From Lama guanicoe (lineage: Eukaryota): DNA of 64,000 bases. The first letter of the stretch is position 1; each line of letters starts with the position of its first letter. Position numbers and translations under genes: made by a program. The stretch covers positions 2,586,324 to 2,650,323 of the forward strand of contig MU053559.1 in NCBI GenBank assembly GCA_013239625.1, in the 5' to 3' direction. This document shows positions 62,840-64,000 of this stretch, piece by piece. The notes under the pieces were generated by a model that saw nothing but the letters and a program-made list of their open reading frames with translations, was not told the origin of the DNA and searched no databases.

Positions 62840-63925
62840 CTAATATCATTTTAAAATAATTTAAGACTTTCAGAAAAGCTGAGAAATAGTACAGATAACT
62901 CCCATATACCCTGTAGCCACATTCCCAACTGTTAAATTGTTCCCTGTGTTTGCTTTACCATTTTCTCCCTCTCCATTTCTCTCTCTCCCAGCCCTCACCC
63001 ACCTTCTCCATTTTTTTCGGAACACTTTTAGAATAAGTTGCAGATGTGCCCCTAAATGCTTCAAAGTATATATATATAGCCTAAAAATTAAATAAAGGCT
63101 TACAGAACCACAGTACAATTCTGAAAATCAGATTAACATTAATACAATACTATTATTTAGCTACAGGCCATATTCAAATTTTGCCAATTTCTCCAATAAT
63201 GTCTTTCATAGAAAACTTTTTTTTCTGGCCCAGGATTCAATTCAGGATCATATATTGCATTTAGTTGGCATGTTTCTCTAGTCCCCTGTAATGTGGAACA
63301 GTTTCTCAGCCTCTGTGTGCGTTTCACCACTTTGACATCTTTGAAGAGGAAAGACTGGATATTTTGTAAAATTTCCCTCAATTTGAGTTTGTCTGTTGTT
63401 CCCTCATAATTCAATTTAGATTTTTTGGTTTTTTTTTTTTTCATTTTTGGCAGGCATGCCTCAGAAGTGATGCTGTGAGCTCTTCACTGCAGCCTATCAG
63501 AAGACACACGAGGTCTGTTTGTCCCATTATTGGTAATATTCAGTTGGTTAGGGTGAGGTCCACTACATTTCTCCACTGTACATTTACTATGTAGTTGGAG
63601 TGGAAATACTTTGAGTCTGTGTAAATGTCTTGTATTCATCAAACTCACACCCACTCATTTTAGCATCCATTGATGATTCTTGCCTGAATCAATTATTACT
63701 ATGATGGTTGCCAAGTGGTGATTTTGTAATTTTATTATTCCTTTTGTATTTATTAGTTGGCACTCTATTGTAAAAAAAAAATTTCTTCCCTTTTACTTAC
63801 TTATTCATACATTTTAAATAAATACATGTGGACTTGGGGATTCTTATTTTATTCAGTGATTGTAATTGATTATTATCATTTATTTTGGTGATCGAAATTT
63901 TCCCAGGTTGGGCCAGTGGAAAAAC
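62840..63925 (-). mobile_element. Old LINE-1 (L1MC-like) 3' end
   Basis: aataatttaagactttcagaaaagctgagaaatagtacaga...atattgcatttagttggcatgtttctcta...ccattgatgattcttgcctgaatcaattattact. Confidence 0.75.
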
Positions 63926-64000
63926 TCTCAAGAATTAGAGCAAAAAGTCAAACTAGAAATGAGAGAAAAAAATTGAATTATAGAATTAGTCCAGGAGGTC

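Noticed and set aside
56500..64000. Exons of a neighbouring gene (KDM6A lies beyond the DIPK2B 3' end in human)
   Set aside because: No recognisable coding exon; the region is almost entirely old L1 and LTR sequence.

Overview
Eutherian mammal genomic DNA, very likely a camelid (alpaca, llama or camel), judged from 11 copies of a tRNA-Ala-derived SINE matching the camelid Vic-1 family. The window holds one complete protein-coding gene on the + strand: DIPK2B (CXorf36/DIA1R, a secretory-pathway divergent kinase-like protein, X-linked in human). It has five coding exons (18435-18667, 27117-27381, 48320-48493, 51279-51567, 52705-53045), all flanked by GT-AG introns, which join to 1302 nt = 433 aa + stop. 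Most of the rest is interspersed repeat: nested LINE-1s, ERV1/ERVL/MaLR solo LTRs, MIR, L2, CR1/L3 and hAT DNA transposons. Nearly all other ORFs in the track are repeat fragments or noise. The most unusual observation is two independent L1 insertions, 47 kb apart, whose normal distal 3' UTR is replaced by the same ~255-nt foreign tail. Other points of interest are serial same-site L1 tail insertions, a twin-primed L1, inverted SINEs bracketing exon 2, a CArG/NKE promoter module and LTR-donated poly(A) signals. Repeat family names come from recalled consensus sequences, not a search. Boundaries without a stated TSD are approximate.
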